Assembly: GCA_051892815.1 (NCBI GenBank)
Contig: JBJFGP010000160.1
Span: 1 to 46,119 of the forward strand
DNA: 46,119 nt
Source: Kiritimatiellia bacterium
GTDB lineage: Bacteria > Verrucomicrobiota > Kiritimatiellia > RFP12 > DVOR01
Reading direction: 5' to 3'
Positions 35,281 to 44,814 of this stretch are shown piece by piece. Positions within the stretch are counted from its first letter, which is position 1. Each line of letters begins with the position of its first letter. The notes under the pieces are model-generated. The model ran no database searches and was not told the DNA's origin. It saw nothing but the letters and a program-made list of their open reading frames with translations. The position numbers were made by a program, and so were the translations under genes.

Positions 35281-35345
35281 ATTCCGCCCGGGCACGCCCC
35301 ACCCCCATGCCACCACACGCAGGCGAGCGGTTGACGAGTGGGCAC

Positions 35346-36719
35346 CTACCGGAGCGGCTTCAACAGCGCCCCGACCATCCGCTCAATCGCCTTCGCCGCC
35401 GACTTCGCCTCGCGCTTCGCCTCGGCAGCCCGCGCCGCCAAAGCCGCATAGTCCACCCCGTACCCCGCGCCCAAGTGACGCTTGCGCGCCAACACCGCAT
35501 CCGGATCCATCCCACGCAAATCCTCCAGATGATCCCTGATTTGATGGTACGCATCCCGAAACGGCATCCCCCCCGCCACCAACTCAAGCGCCGCATCCGT
35601 CGCAAACACCCCCGGCTCCGCAAAAGCCGCACGCAAACGCCCCTCGTCAATCGCCAGACGCCCCGCCAAAAGCGTCATGATACGGACCGAAGCACGCGTC
35701 ACCCGCAGCCCCTCCATATACAACTCCTTCGTGTCCTGCAAATCCCGGTTGTACCCCCCCGGCATCGCCTTGATCACCGCCGAAGCAGCCGTCGAATACC
35801 CCAGCAGCAAAGCCGCCTTCGCGCGAATCAGCTCCAAAAGATCCGGATTGTACTTCTGCGGCATAATGCTGCTCCCCGTGCACAACTCCCGAGGCAGACG
35901 GAAATAGCCAAACTCCGGCATCGAAAAGAGAATCAAATCCTCCGCCATACGCGAGAGCGTCAGCATCACCTGCTTGAGCGCATCCAGCAAAACAGCCTCA
36001 TCCTTCCCCCGCGCATTGGAAGCGTGGAACACATTTTGAAGCGGCGCATCAAACCCCAGCAAACGCGTCGTCAGCCCCCGATCCAACGGCAGCGGCACCC
36101 CATATCCAGCCGCCGACCCCAGCGGATTGCGGTTATTGAACCGCCGCGCACCTTCCAAGACAATCAAGTCATCCAAAAGCGTCTCCCCCCATCCACTTGC
36201 CCAACAACCCACCGTCGTCGGCATCGCCGGTTGAAGATGCGTCCTGCCCACCATCGGCACCCTCGCATGCCGCTTTCCGAATGCAATCAGAGCCCCCGAA
36301 AGCGTCGCAATCTCCTCCGAGAGCGCGACCAATTCGCTACGCACATGCAGGCGGATGTCTACCGCCACCTGATCGTTCCGGCTACGCCCCGTATGGACCC
36401 TTCGGCCCAATTCCCCGAGCTTGGCGGTAAGCCTCCGTTCCACCGCCAGGTGCACATCCTGGTCCTCGGCGGTAATGCAGAAGCGGCCCTCTTTGGCGTC
36501 TTGGATTGTCTCGCGAAGTTCGGCGACGACGGCATTGCGTTCTTCTCGGGAAAAGATGGGGGGGGTGACTGCCATACGGGACAACATGGTCACATGTGCG
36601 GCGGTGCCGATACAGTCCCACTGGGCGAGGGCGAGGTCGAGAATGGGGTCTTTTCCTTCGGTGAATGCCAACACGTCGGGGTCAATGGCGCCGACGACTG
36701 TCTTTCTATTTGTGGCCAT
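35346..36719 (-). CDS. argH: Argininosuccinate lyase
   Basis: GSSIMPQKYNPD is the fumarate-lyase signature, and overall similarity to ArgH is clear. Confidence 0.93.
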   Translation of the reverse strand: MATNRKTVVGAIDPDVLAFTEGKDPILDLALAQWDCIGTAAHVTMLSRMAVTPPIFSREERNAVVAELRETIQDAKEGRFCITAEDQDVHLAVERRLTAKLGELGRRVHTGRSRNDQVAVDIRLHVRSELVALSEEIATLSGALIAFGKRHARVPMVGRTHLQPAMPTTVGCWASGWGETLLDDLIVLEGARRFNNRNPLGSAAGYGVPLPLDRGLTTRLLGFDAPLQNVFHASNARGKDEAVLLDALKQVMLTLSRMAEDLILFSMPEFGYFRLPRELCTGSSIMPQKYNPDLLELIRAKAALLLGYSTAASAVIKAMPGGYNRDLQDTKELYMEGLRVTRASVRIMTLLAGRLAIDEGRLRAAFAEPGVFATDAALELVAGGMPFRDAYHQIRDHLEDLRGMDPDAVLARKRHLGAGYGVDYAALAARAAEAKREAKSAAKAIERMVGALLKPLR

Positions 36720-36728
36720 TTTTCTGCC

Positions 36729-37850
36729 TCATCTTTGAATCAAGGGTGTGTGTTCGAGTTGGGCCGCAAGCGTGCGCCGCCGGGCCTCTAAGGTGCGCAA
36801 TTCCGCGGCGAGTTCGCGGGTATTGGTTCCGTCTGAGAGTGCGTTGAGCCAGGCGGCGTAGTCGGCTGCGAGGTGGTCGAGTTCTTTGCCTCTGCCGATG
36901 GCTGGGATTCGCACGGCGAGGGCTTTTTGCTTGGCTTCGCGGCGGACGGCGGGTGCTTGCGCGCGGGGTAGGAGCCAGGCAAGGGTGCGGGGTGTCCAGG
37001 GGTTTGGGCAGGGGAAGTTGGCGTCTGCGGGCCAGACGAGGAGGCTCATTGCCCAGCGTTGGAGGGCTTCTTTGGTGGCGACGCCGGGGTCGAATACGGA
37101 GGCGGCGGTCTGAAGGAGCCAGGAGTCCCAAAGGGTGTCGAGTTCGTCTGGCGGGAGTTGGGGCGTTTGGCCTTTGATGTAGGCTTCGAGTGTGCTTAGG
37201 GGGTGTTTGCCGGTGAGGAGCCAGCGGGCGAGGACGGCGGCGAGGGGTTGGTCGAGGGTGGGGGTGTCGAGGAGTTCCCGGGCGGGGGGGAGTCGGGCTT
37301 CGGTCCAGCGGCTCCATACGGTTTCGAAGTCTGGGGTGGCGTAAATGAGGGTCTCGCGTTCGCCGTTGACTTGGGAGCGTGCGATGGCTCTTCCGAGGCC
37401 GGCGGCGCGCGCTGGGGTGAAGGTGTCGGTCTGGGCGGCGATGGAGCAGAGGCCGCGTATCAGGGCGTCGCGGAAGGCGTCGAGGTCGCAGGTCTCGGGT
37501 GCGGGGAGGTCGATGCGGGTCTTGCCGCCGGGTTCGACGCGGCAGTGGACGTTGGTGGCTCCGTTGGTTTCGCTTCCGAGGACGATGATCAGGGGGTTCT
37601 CGGGGGTGGAGAAGCGTCTGTGGAAGGCGCGCTGGAGTTCTTGCTCGACGCGGTTGGCGAAGACCAGCACGGGGGGACGCATCTGGCTGAAGCGCTCGTC
37701 TTTGGTATATACCAGCAGGGCCCCGTCGTGCGAACGAACGGGGGCGAGTCCTGCGTATCTCCGGGAGGCGGCCGTAGCAAGGAATGCCCCCAAGAGGAAT
37801 ACAGCAATGAGTTTCGCGGTCGGGGCGGGAATCACGCCGGAGGTTTCCAT
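36729..37850 (-). CDS. Hypothetical membrane-anchored protein
   Basis: ATG 37850 is followed by a TM/signal segment (LIAVFLLGAFLATAA). I recognise no domain. The start overlaps the upstream gene's end by 19 nt. Confidence 0.55.
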   Translation of the reverse strand: METSGVIPAPTAKLIAVFLLGAFLATAASRRYAGLAPVRSHDGALLVYTKDERFSQMRPPVLVFANRVEQELQRAFHRRFSTPENPLIIVLGSETNGATNVHCRVEPGGKTRIDLPAPETCDLDAFRDALIRGLCSIAAQTDTFTPARAAGLGRAIARSQVNGERETLIYATPDFETVWSRWTEARLPPARELLDTPTLDQPLAAVLARWLLTGKHPLSTLEAYIKGQTPQLPPDELDTLWDSWLLQTAASVFDPGVATKEALQRWAMSLLVWPADANFPCPNPWTPRTLAWLLPRAQAPAVRREAKQKALAVRIPAIGRGKELDHLAADYAAWLNALSDGTNTRELAAELRTLEARRRTLAAQLEHTPLIQR

Positions 37851-38293
37851 TGGCGGCAGGCGACGCCTGCCTCGTCCAGCAGCCGCCGAGTCTGGTCGCT
37901 GAAGGCGTACTCGCCGCCGTAGACGACCTCGCGGATGCCGGCGTTGATGATCAGTTTCGCGCAAGTCAGGCAGGGACTGAGCGTCACATAGATGGTCGCG
38001 CCGCTCAAGCGGATGCCGTAGTAGGCGGCCTGGCAAATGGCGTTCTGCTCGGCATGGACGCAGAGGCACTCTTCCAGCGACGCCCCCGACGGCGCGGTAC
38101 CGCTGCAGCGTGGACATCCCCCATCAAAACAGTTGCGCACACCCCTGGGCGTCCCGTTGTAGCCCGTGGAAACGATGCGCCTGTCGGCCACCACCACCGC
38201 CGCCACCTGCCGGCGCGAACAGTTCGAACGCGTCGCCACAACCTGCGCGATGTTCATAAAATAAGTGTCCCAATCCGGCCTCGAATCGCTCAT
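37832..38293 (-). CDS. dCMP deaminase (ComEB/cytidine-deoxycytidylate deaminase family)
   Basis: It has PDWDTYFMNIAQVVATRSNC, the CVHAEQNAI zinc motif and PCLTCAK. AAGGAG lies upstream of ATG 38293. Confidence 0.88.
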   Translation of the reverse strand: MSDSRPDWDTYFMNIAQVVATRSNCSRRQVAAVVVADRRIVSTGYNGTPRGVRNCFDGGCPRCSGTAPSGASLEECLCVHAEQNAICQAAYYGIRLSGATIYVTLSPCLTCAKLIINAGIREVVYGGEYAFSDQTRRLLDEAGVACRQWKPPA

Positions 38294-38295
38294 TT

Positions 38296-39465
38296 TCACT
38301 CCTTGGTGCAGACAATGACCGTATACCCGCGCCGCCCCACCTCCGACACGACCCGCAGATGCCGCGCGGCAACCTCCCGGAGCCGATCCCCACGCTTCGC
38401 CACCAGCCACGCTTTGCCCCCCGGACGCAACACCTTGGCGGCCGTCTCCGCAAAAAGTTCCGCAATCCGCCACTCCCCGAAATAAGGCGGATTCCCCACA
38501 AAACAGTCTGCAATTCCCCCGCAACCCTCGTCCGAAAGAACATATTCCGCCCCCACAATCCCGCACCCTTCCGCGTTCCGCCGCGTCACCTCAATGGCAC
38601 GCGCATTCGAGTCCACAAAGCAGCAACGCACTCCCTTGACCGCTTGCGCGATGAGCACCCCAACCATACCGCAACCGCACCCCATATCAACCAAACGATC
38701 CCCTTCCCGCACACCCTGAACCGCAATCTCGGCCAGCGCCAGCCCCCCCATGTCCGCACGACGATGGCAGAAAACACCCGGGATTGTCACCAGTTCCAAC
38801 GGCTCATGCCCCGGCAGAGAAGCCTTGAACCGAGCCTCGAAATTGCGCACCCGCCGGGGACTTTCCGCCTTCCACCCCCACGCCACGCAACCCTTGCAGC
38901 CGCACCGGACCAACATCCCGCGCATCTGCTTGAGTAGCGGCCCCAAAGGCAATTCGCTGGCAAGAATTACCAGCGCACCTGCCGCCGAAAGCCGCACCGA
39001 CTCGTCCAGCACCGAGAGGGCAAGTTCCCCGGAAATCCCCCCCGCAGAAAGGCAGATAGCGACCAATGTCGGCGGCAGGTTCCCGGGCACGAACGGGTAA
39101 GGAACGCAACGGAGATCAACCTTTTCCCGGAGGGCATTGGCGTCCAGGTTCTGCTCGATGGCGCGCCTATGATGGACATCGAAAACCCAGCACCCGACGC
39201 GGTGTTCCGGAAACATCAAAGTGGCGGCAATAGGCGCAGCACCCGTCCGCCCCCCCGCAAACAAAGCATCCCCAGGCTGGATACGAGTGCGGAAATCGGA
39301 AAGCACCTCCAGGAGGCTGCGCTCGGTAGGATGGAGGCCGGAGCGTGTGATGAAGTCGCACTGAATCTGGGGAACGGGTTCGTGGCGCTGGTGGGCACCG
39401 TCGCGACGGGTGAGCCAAATGGGTTTGAGGGCTTTGGCGGGCATCTTTGGGGGCAATGGCTTCAT
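38296..39465 (-). CDS. Two-domain class I SAM-dependent methyltransferase, RsmC/RlmG-like (rRNA guanine-N2 type)
   Basis: VDMGCGCGMVG is the SAM motif and VGNPPYF is the catalytic motif. An N-terminal non-catalytic duplicate domain is present. The start overlaps the ybaK stop as ATGA. Confidence 0.75.
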   Translation of the reverse strand: MKPLPPKMPAKALKPIWLTRRDGAHQRHEPVPQIQCDFITRSGLHPTERSLLEVLSDFRTRIQPGDALFAGGRTGAAPIAATLMFPEHRVGCWVFDVHHRRAIEQNLDANALREKVDLRCVPYPFVPGNLPPTLVAICLSAGGISGELALSVLDESVRLSAAGALVILASELPLGPLLKQMRGMLVRCGCKGCVAWGWKAESPRRVRNFEARFKASLPGHEPLELVTIPGVFCHRRADMGGLALAEIAVQGVREGDRLVDMGCGCGMVGVLIAQAVKGVRCCFVDSNARAIEVTRRNAEGCGIVGAEYVLSDEGCGGIADCFVGNPPYFGEWRIAELFAETAAKVLRPGGKAWLVAKRGDRLREVAARHLRVVSEVGRRGYTVIVCTKE

Positions 39466-39947
39466 TGCATGGCGTCGACTGGTGTGGCTTTGAGGGTGTC
39501 GGTCAAGGCTTGCGAGGGGATGGCGACAAGGAGTCCGCGGCGGCCGCCGTTGATATAGATGGCGGGGTGCTCGAGGATGGTTTTCTGGACGAAGATGGGC
39601 AGGTTTTTGCGTGTTCCGAAGGGGCTTGTGCCGCCGCAGAAGTAGCCTGTATGGCGCTGGGCGGTGTCGGTGGTGCAGGGGGTGATGTTCTTGACTCCGA
39701 GGGTGCGGGCTAGGTTTTTGAGGGAGATTTCGCGGTCGCCGTGCATGAGGCAGATGAGGGGTTTTCGGGTGTCGGTCTCAAGTACGATGGTCTTGATGCA
39801 AAGGTGTTCGTCGAGGCCGAGGGAGGTTGCGGCGAGGCGGGTTCCGCCGTGTTCTTCGAAGGTGTAGAGGTGCGGGGTGTAGGGGACTTTGTGGGCTTCG
39901 AGCCAGCGGAGTGCTTGGGTGTGGGGGATGTCGTCACTGTGCGCCAT
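39462..39947 (-). CDS. ybaK: Cys-tRNA(Pro)/Cys-tRNA(Cys) deacylase, YbaK/EbsC family
   Basis: It reads ALRWLEAHKVPYTPHLY...IKTIVLE...GYFCGGTSPFG. Confidence 0.85.
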   Translation of the reverse strand: MAHSDDIPHTQALRWLEAHKVPYTPHLYTFEEHGGTRLAATSLGLDEHLCIKTIVLETDTRKPLICLMHGDREISLKNLARTLGVKNITPCTTDTAQRHTGYFCGGTSPFGTRKNLPIFVQKTILEHPAIYINGGRRGLLVAIPSQALTDTLKATPVDAMQ

Positions 39948-41241
39948 GGGGTCGCTTCCGGTCGTAGGATTCGGTGGAGAGGAGTTGGTAGATCCAGGGG
40001 TAGACGCCGTGCCCCATGCCCAGGCCGTGGACTATGCGCTTGTCGGTCGTGCGCAAGGCGTTGTAGGCGCCGTAAACGGCATTGGGGGCGCAGGTCTGGT
40101 CGACGAATCCGACGGCCATGTCGATGGGACAGCGGATGCGTTTGGCGAAGTTGACGCCGTCGTAGTAGGCCATGACTTTGCGGACGGCGCGGGTGCGCTC
40201 GGGGGCGTAGCGGCGGGCGTTTTCGATGGGTTGGGGCCAACCGGCCTGCATGCCGGATTGCCGCTCGTAGAGTCCGGTCATGGCGGGAACGAAGATGGAG
40301 GCGCGGGTGAAGTGGGGGAAGAGGGCGCAGAGGATTAGGCCGAAGCCGCCGCCTTGGCTGGTGCCTTCGTAGTAGAAGCGGGTCTGGTCGACTTCGGGCT
40401 GGGCGTAGAGCCAGTCGACGGCTCGGACGATGCCCAGCACGGAGCGGTAGTAGAAGTATCCCTCGCGGCTGTCCGCCCCGGCGTTGCAGTAGCGCCCGTT
40501 GGACAAAGGTTCGCACCACTTGAGCTGTTTGCTCCATACCTCTCCCGTCCGGAGGTAGGTATCAAATCCCCCCGAAAGTGGCAACCTTAGCACACTCATG
40601 AAAAGTACGATTCCCCCGCGATCCGCCAAATCCAACTTTGGCTCGAACGACCACCACCCGAATCCAGCCCCCGGAACCTGCACGAAAACCGGAGCCTTAC
40701 CCTTGAGCCCCTTCGGCTTGACCAGCCACCCGTAGACCCGCTGACCACCCGGCACCCCAAAAGAGATTTCAAACGCCTCGCGCGAACCATTCGTCCACGG
40801 CGCATACGGCCGAATCGCAACATCCAGCGGCACCTCCCGGTAATACCGCTTCAGCGACTTCTCCCAAAACAGATCAAAGTCCGCCGGCTCAGGCGTCTGC
40901 GAGACAATCCGCTCCGGAGAGACCGCCACCCCCCACTGCGCCGAAAACACCAGATTCGTATCCACCGGAACAACCGTACAATGCAAAAACCCCGGCTTGT
41001 CCCCCACCACCGAAAGCGACAACCGATCCGCACCATTCGTCTCCGCCAACACCTCCCCGCCAAACCGGCAGACCCTCATCCTCAACTCCGCCCCCCTCTC
41101 CTCAGGCCCGTCCGCCACCGCCGAAAAAACAATCCGTTCCCCCACCGCATAGACCGCATTCGTCCGGTCGCAGACCACCTTCACATCCGCCCGCAACCCG
41201 ACCGCCGCCAATACCGCAACACCAATCCAACGCAACCTCAT
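39934..41241 (-). CDS. Acetyl xylan esterase / cephalosporin-C deacetylase-like (CE7, AXE1 family) with an N-terminal Ig-like domain
   Basis: YEGTSQGGGFGL is the nucleophile elbow, and GMGHG lies near the C-terminus. A signal peptide follows ATG 41241, which is preceded by GGAGG. Confidence 0.8.
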   Translation of the reverse strand: MRLRWIGVAVLAAVGLRADVKVVCDRTNAVYAVGERIVFSAVADGPEERGAELRMRVCRFGGEVLAETNGADRLSLSVVGDKPGFLHCTVVPVDTNLVFSAQWGVAVSPERIVSQTPEPADFDLFWEKSLKRYYREVPLDVAIRPYAPWTNGSREAFEISFGVPGGQRVYGWLVKPKGLKGKAPVFVQVPGAGFGWWSFEPKLDLADRGGIVLFMSVLRLPLSGGFDTYLRTGEVWSKQLKWCEPLSNGRYCNAGADSREGYFYYRSVLGIVRAVDWLYAQPEVDQTRFYYEGTSQGGGFGLILCALFPHFTRASIFVPAMTGLYERQSGMQAGWPQPIENARRYAPERTRAVRKVMAYYDGVNFAKRIRCPIDMAVGFVDQTCAPNAVYGAYNALRTTDKRIVHGLGMGHGVYPWIYQLLSTESYDRKRPHGAQ

Positions 41242-41252
41242 AGCAACCTCCA

Positions 41253-41843
41253 TCACAAACAACCTACCTGCACCGGTCCCTCACGCAACACCCGCACCGA
41301 ACCATCCCCGCACACCTGCGCCACCGTACTGGCCACACCCCCCCGGCACGGACCATCGTCCGCCAACACATCCGCCTGCAAACCCAACGACGCCAAAGCC
41401 TCCCCCACATCCAACGCCGGCTTCCCACCACTCAGATTCGCGCTCGTCACCCGAAGCACCCCCCCGCAAGCCGCCAAAAGCCCCCGCGTCCAACTATGAG
41501 CCGGCACCCGCAAACCCTCCAAAACCTCCGCCCCATTCCCGCCGACACACGGCACCACAAGCGTCAAAGCCCCCGGCCAATGCGCCTCCGCCAACCCCCT
41601 CGCAACCGGAGAAAGCCCCCCCGCAAAAGCCTCCGCAGCCCCCACATCAGACGCCAAAAGCGCAATCGGCTTCGACCGAGACCGTCCCTTGATCGAAGCC
41701 AGCCGCGCCACCGCATCCAAACACCCCGGATGCGCCGCCAAACCATAGACCGTATCCGTCGGAATAACCGCAACCCCCCCACGAAGCAACACATCCGCCA
41801 CCCGAGAAACACTCCCCGAATCGGCGCAGGAAAGCGCAATCAT
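41253..41843 (-). CDS. tsaC: L-threonylcarbamoyladenylate synthase (TsaC/YrdC)
   Basis: GGVAVIPTDTVYGLAA and SANLSG motifs are present. Confidence 0.88.
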   Translation of the reverse strand: MIALSCADSGSVSRVADVLLRGGVAVIPTDTVYGLAAHPGCLDAVARLASIKGRSRSKPIALLASDVGAAEAFAGGLSPVARGLAEAHWPGALTLVVPCVGGNGAEVLEGLRVPAHSWTRGLLAACGGVLRVTSANLSGGKPALDVGEALASLGLQADVLADDGPCRGGVASTVAQVCGDGSVRVLREGPVQVGCL

Positions 41844-41849
41844 CGCACA

Positions 41850-42422
41850 TCAGGCCCGGGAAACAAACGCCCCGTCTTCCGTATTGACCACCACATCCGT
41901 CCCTGCTTCCAGATACTCCGGAACCATCACCACCAGCCCCGTCGCGGTCTTCGCAGGCTTCGGTCGAGAGGTGACCGTCGCCCCCTTCATTGGTGGGTCG
42001 CACTCCGCAATGCGCACAACAACCTTCGCCGGCACGCCAACCGCCAGGACCTTTCCGTCCGAAACGAGGGCATACAGTCCTTCCAAATCCTCCGACAGGA
42101 AGTGGACTTTATCTCCCAGCGCCTCTGCGTCCATCTCGAACTGGGAGAAGTCCTCGGCATCCATAAAGGTATAGCGACCATTGTTGTCGGAATAGAGGAA
42201 TTGAATGTCCCGTTTCTCAAGGTCGCAATCCTGGAAGAGGTCGTCGCCCTTGCAGGTCTTGTCTACCTTTGCCTTCGAGACGAGGTTCCTGAAGCGGAAG
42301 CGGTAGAGTGTGGCGGCTCCTCTCGCACTCGGATTCGTCACGGTCAGCTGTTCAAGGGCGTGCGGGAGGCCGTCGATGGACACCAGCGCGCCGCGATGCA
42401 GGTCACAAGCTCTTGTGGGCAT
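41850..42422 (-). CDS. yeiP: Elongation factor P-like protein (YeiP/EfpL subfamily)
   Basis: NPSARGAATLYRFRF, CKGDD and LVVMVPEYL match E. coli YeiP (SPTARGAATLYKMRF, FKGDD, LVIQVPEYL) rather than canonical EF-P (KPGKGQAF). ATG 42422 is preceded by GGAGA. Confidence 0.85.
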   Translation of the reverse strand: MPTRACDLHRGALVSIDGLPHALEQLTVTNPSARGAATLYRFRFRNLVSKAKVDKTCKGDDLFQDCDLEKRDIQFLYSDNNGRYTFMDAEDFSQFEMDAEALGDKVHFLSEDLEGLYALVSDGKVLAVGVPAKVVVRIAECDPPMKGATVTSRPKPAKTATGLVVMVPEYLEAGTDVVVNTEDGAFVSRA

Positions 42423-43104
42423 TTTCAATCTCCAGGCGAATTGCTTCCGCAGCCGCGCGGGGGTCGGCGGCCTGCACGATGGGGCGGCCAATTACTAGGT
42501 GGGAGGCGCCGTCCCGGATTGCCGAGGCGGGGGTTGCTACTCGTTTTTGGTCGCCGATGTCTGCCCCCGCGGGGCGAACTCCGGGGGTGACGAGGAGTGC
42601 ATCTGGGCCCAATGTTTCGCGCAGGCGGCGGACTTCTTTGGGGGAGCAGACCAACCCGTCCGCGCCGTGTCCGATTGCCAATCGCCCCAGTGCTTCGACT
42701 TGTTCCGCCGGGTTGCGTCCGACGCCGATGTCCGCCAGGTCTGAGGCATCCAGCGAGGTCAACACGGTCACGGCGAGGATGCGGGGGCGTTCGTTGCCGA
42801 AGGCTTTTGCGGCGGAAGCGGCCGCTTCGATCATGGCTTTGCCGCCGCAGGCGTGGATGGTCAGCAGGTCGACGCCCATCTTGCCGGCGGAGGTGACGGC
42901 GCGTTCCACGGTCCGGGGGATGTCGTGGAACTTCAAATCGAGGAAGACTTTCTTGCCTTTGGCCTTGACGGCTTTGACGACATCGGGGCCTTCGGCGGTA
43001 AAGAGTTCCATGCCGATTTTGTAGAATTCGACGGCGTGGCCAATGCGGTCGACGACGGCGATGGCTTCAGCGGTGGTCTGGACATCCAGCGCGGCGATAA
43101 TCAT
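42403..43104 (-). CDS. pyrF: Orotidine 5'-phosphate decarboxylase
   Basis: It has IIAALDV..., FLDLKFHDIPRTV and LTIHACGG. Confidence 0.9.
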   Translation of the reverse strand: MIIAALDVQTTAEAIAVVDRIGHAVEFYKIGMELFTAEGPDVVKAVKAKGKKVFLDLKFHDIPRTVERAVTSAGKMGVDLLTIHACGGKAMIEAAASAAKAFGNERPRILAVTVLTSLDASDLADIGVGRNPAEQVEALGRLAIGHGADGLVCSPKEVRRLRETLGPDALLVTPGVRPAGADIGDQKRVATPASAIRDGASHLVIGRPIVQAADPRAAAEAIRLEIENAHKSL

Positions 43105-43127
43105 CGTTCAATCCTTTCGGCGCGGCG

Positions 43128-44765
43128 CTACTCTTCGTCCTCGCCGGACGCCGTCTCGGCAGACTGGAGTTGGGGCATCTGCATGGCGTTGTCGGTCAAT
43201 CCAACCTGCTCAAGGTTCCACTCCAGCCACGCGGCGGAGAGGCGTGCGGCGGCGGGGCGGGAGACTTCTTGCTGAATGCGCCCGCGCTGCATCTCGGCGG
43301 AGACGGCATCCCCTTCGCGGCGGTCGGCGACATAGACCAGCAGGGAGGAGGGCCCGCCGTAGACGGGTGTCGCATCGGAGAGTTCGCCCTTTTGGAGGCC
43401 CATCACGGCGCGCATGACGCTGTAGAGGTTGGGGACTTTCTGGGGGGCGGTCATCGAGAAGGTGAAGTTGGTCGCGCCGGAAACCTTGACCTTGGCGGCG
43501 GCCAAGGCGTTGCTGAAGGAGGTGCCTTTGGCGAGGGCGGCGCGGATAGCCACGACCGTGTTCGACGCATAGGCACCATAGGCATCGTTTCGTGCCTTCT
43601 CCGAGGCCAAAGGCTTTACTTTGTGCAGGACCTCTTCGTAGGTAGGATTGTGCGCGGGGGACTCTTTGTCGACGGTCAGAAGGTAGAAATGGCGGGCGCC
43701 TTTGGCTACGCCGTAGGAGGTGTCGGCCCGGCTCATATCGAGTTCGAACGCAACCTCAGCAATGGCGGCGCCGTCGGCACGGATGGCGGGCGGCTCCTTG
43801 GCGGAGAAGAGGGCCGTATTGGTGATGGAGCAGCCGAGTTTCTTGGCAACCGCCTCGAAGGAGGTGTCCATAATGTCGGGGACAACGGACTGGTTGAGAT
43901 TGGTCTCCGCAATGTAGGCAGCCTCGATCATTCCAAGGTGGCGGAGGATCTGGGGCTTGACCTTCTCAAGAGGCGTGACAGTGGTGCCATTGGTGGTCTG
44001 ATAGGTGTACTTCTCGGTGTTGCCGTCGTAGTACTCCTGGATGTCCTCGTCCGTGACAAGCGCCTGCCCGGCGGCAAGCCAGTTGGTGACAGGAAGGACA
44101 AAGTAGCGGATGCTCCGGCGGTCGGGAAACGCAAGCTTCTCGCTATTCTCGGCGAAGTACTTCTTCCAATCGGCCTCCTTGAGACCCATATCCTTTCCGG
44201 CAAAAGTGTTGTCCAGCAAAACGGTCTGGAGTTCGAACTCGTCGGTGAAATTGGCGACCGCGGTGTCGACCTCCATATTGGAAGGAAGCGCCGCCGTGGC
44301 AAGCACGGTTGTGAGCTTGGCAAGGGCAAGTTCGTCGCGCATCAAACGTTCGTAAAGGGGCACGGTCAAGCCAGCCTGACGAAGGGTTTCCTCGTAGGTC
44401 TGGTAGCGGAAGGAACCGTCAGGGGCAGCGAATTGTTCGCGTATGGCGGATGCAATCTCGTCATCGCCGATGCGGATTCCAAGGTTCCTCGCCGTGTGAA
44501 GCGCAGCCAGGCGTTCCCACGCACGGCGGTTGACTTGGGCAGCGGGAAGTGTAGAACGATTGCGCCCGAAGCCGCGTATGGCATTGGCCGCCTCCTCGAA
44601 ACGCTCGTAGGTGATTGCTTTGCCCGCAAGCTTGCCGGCGATACGGCTCTGCGGGGCGGGAGTTGAGCAGGAATCGACGGCGACGAAGGTAAAGGAAATC
44701 AGGATGGCGAAGGCGCCCCAGAAGATTTTGTTGCGAATGATTCGGTTGAAATGGTAGATGAACAT
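43128..44765 (-). CDS. PpiD/SurA-like periplasmic chaperone (membrane-anchored, SurA N-terminal-like domain)
   Basis: It has an N-terminal TM anchor (IFWGAFAILISFTFVAV). Size and architecture resemble PpiD. I could not confirm a parvulin motif by eye. Confidence 0.65.
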   Translation of the reverse strand: MFIYHFNRIIRNKIFWGAFAILISFTFVAVDSCSTPAPQSRIAGKLAGKAITYERFEEAANAIRGFGRNRSTLPAAQVNRRAWERLAALHTARNLGIRIGDDEIASAIREQFAAPDGSFRYQTYEETLRQAGLTVPLYERLMRDELALAKLTTVLATAALPSNMEVDTAVANFTDEFELQTVLLDNTFAGKDMGLKEADWKKYFAENSEKLAFPDRRSIRYFVLPVTNWLAAGQALVTDEDIQEYYDGNTEKYTYQTTNGTTVTPLEKVKPQILRHLGMIEAAYIAETNLNQSVVPDIMDTSFEAVAKKLGCSITNTALFSAKEPPAIRADGAAIAEVAFELDMSRADTSYGVAKGARHFYLLTVDKESPAHNPTYEEVLHKVKPLASEKARNDAYGAYASNTVVAIRAALAKGTSFSNALAAAKVKVSGATNFTFSMTAPQKVPNLYSVMRAVMGLQKGELSDATPVYGGPSSLLVYVADRREGDAVSAEMQRGRIQQEVSRPAAARLSAAWLEWNLEQVGLTDNAMQMPQLQSAETASGEDEE

Positions 44766-44814
44766 AGGGGTGGAATTGGGGGTTGTTTATGGGAAGATGG
44801 TTGGCGTGGGGCGG

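Noticed and set aside
34905-36791. 628-aa plus-strand ORF antisense to argH
   Set aside because: It is an Arg/Pro/His-rich shadow of argH, which carries the fumarate-lyase signature on the minus strand.
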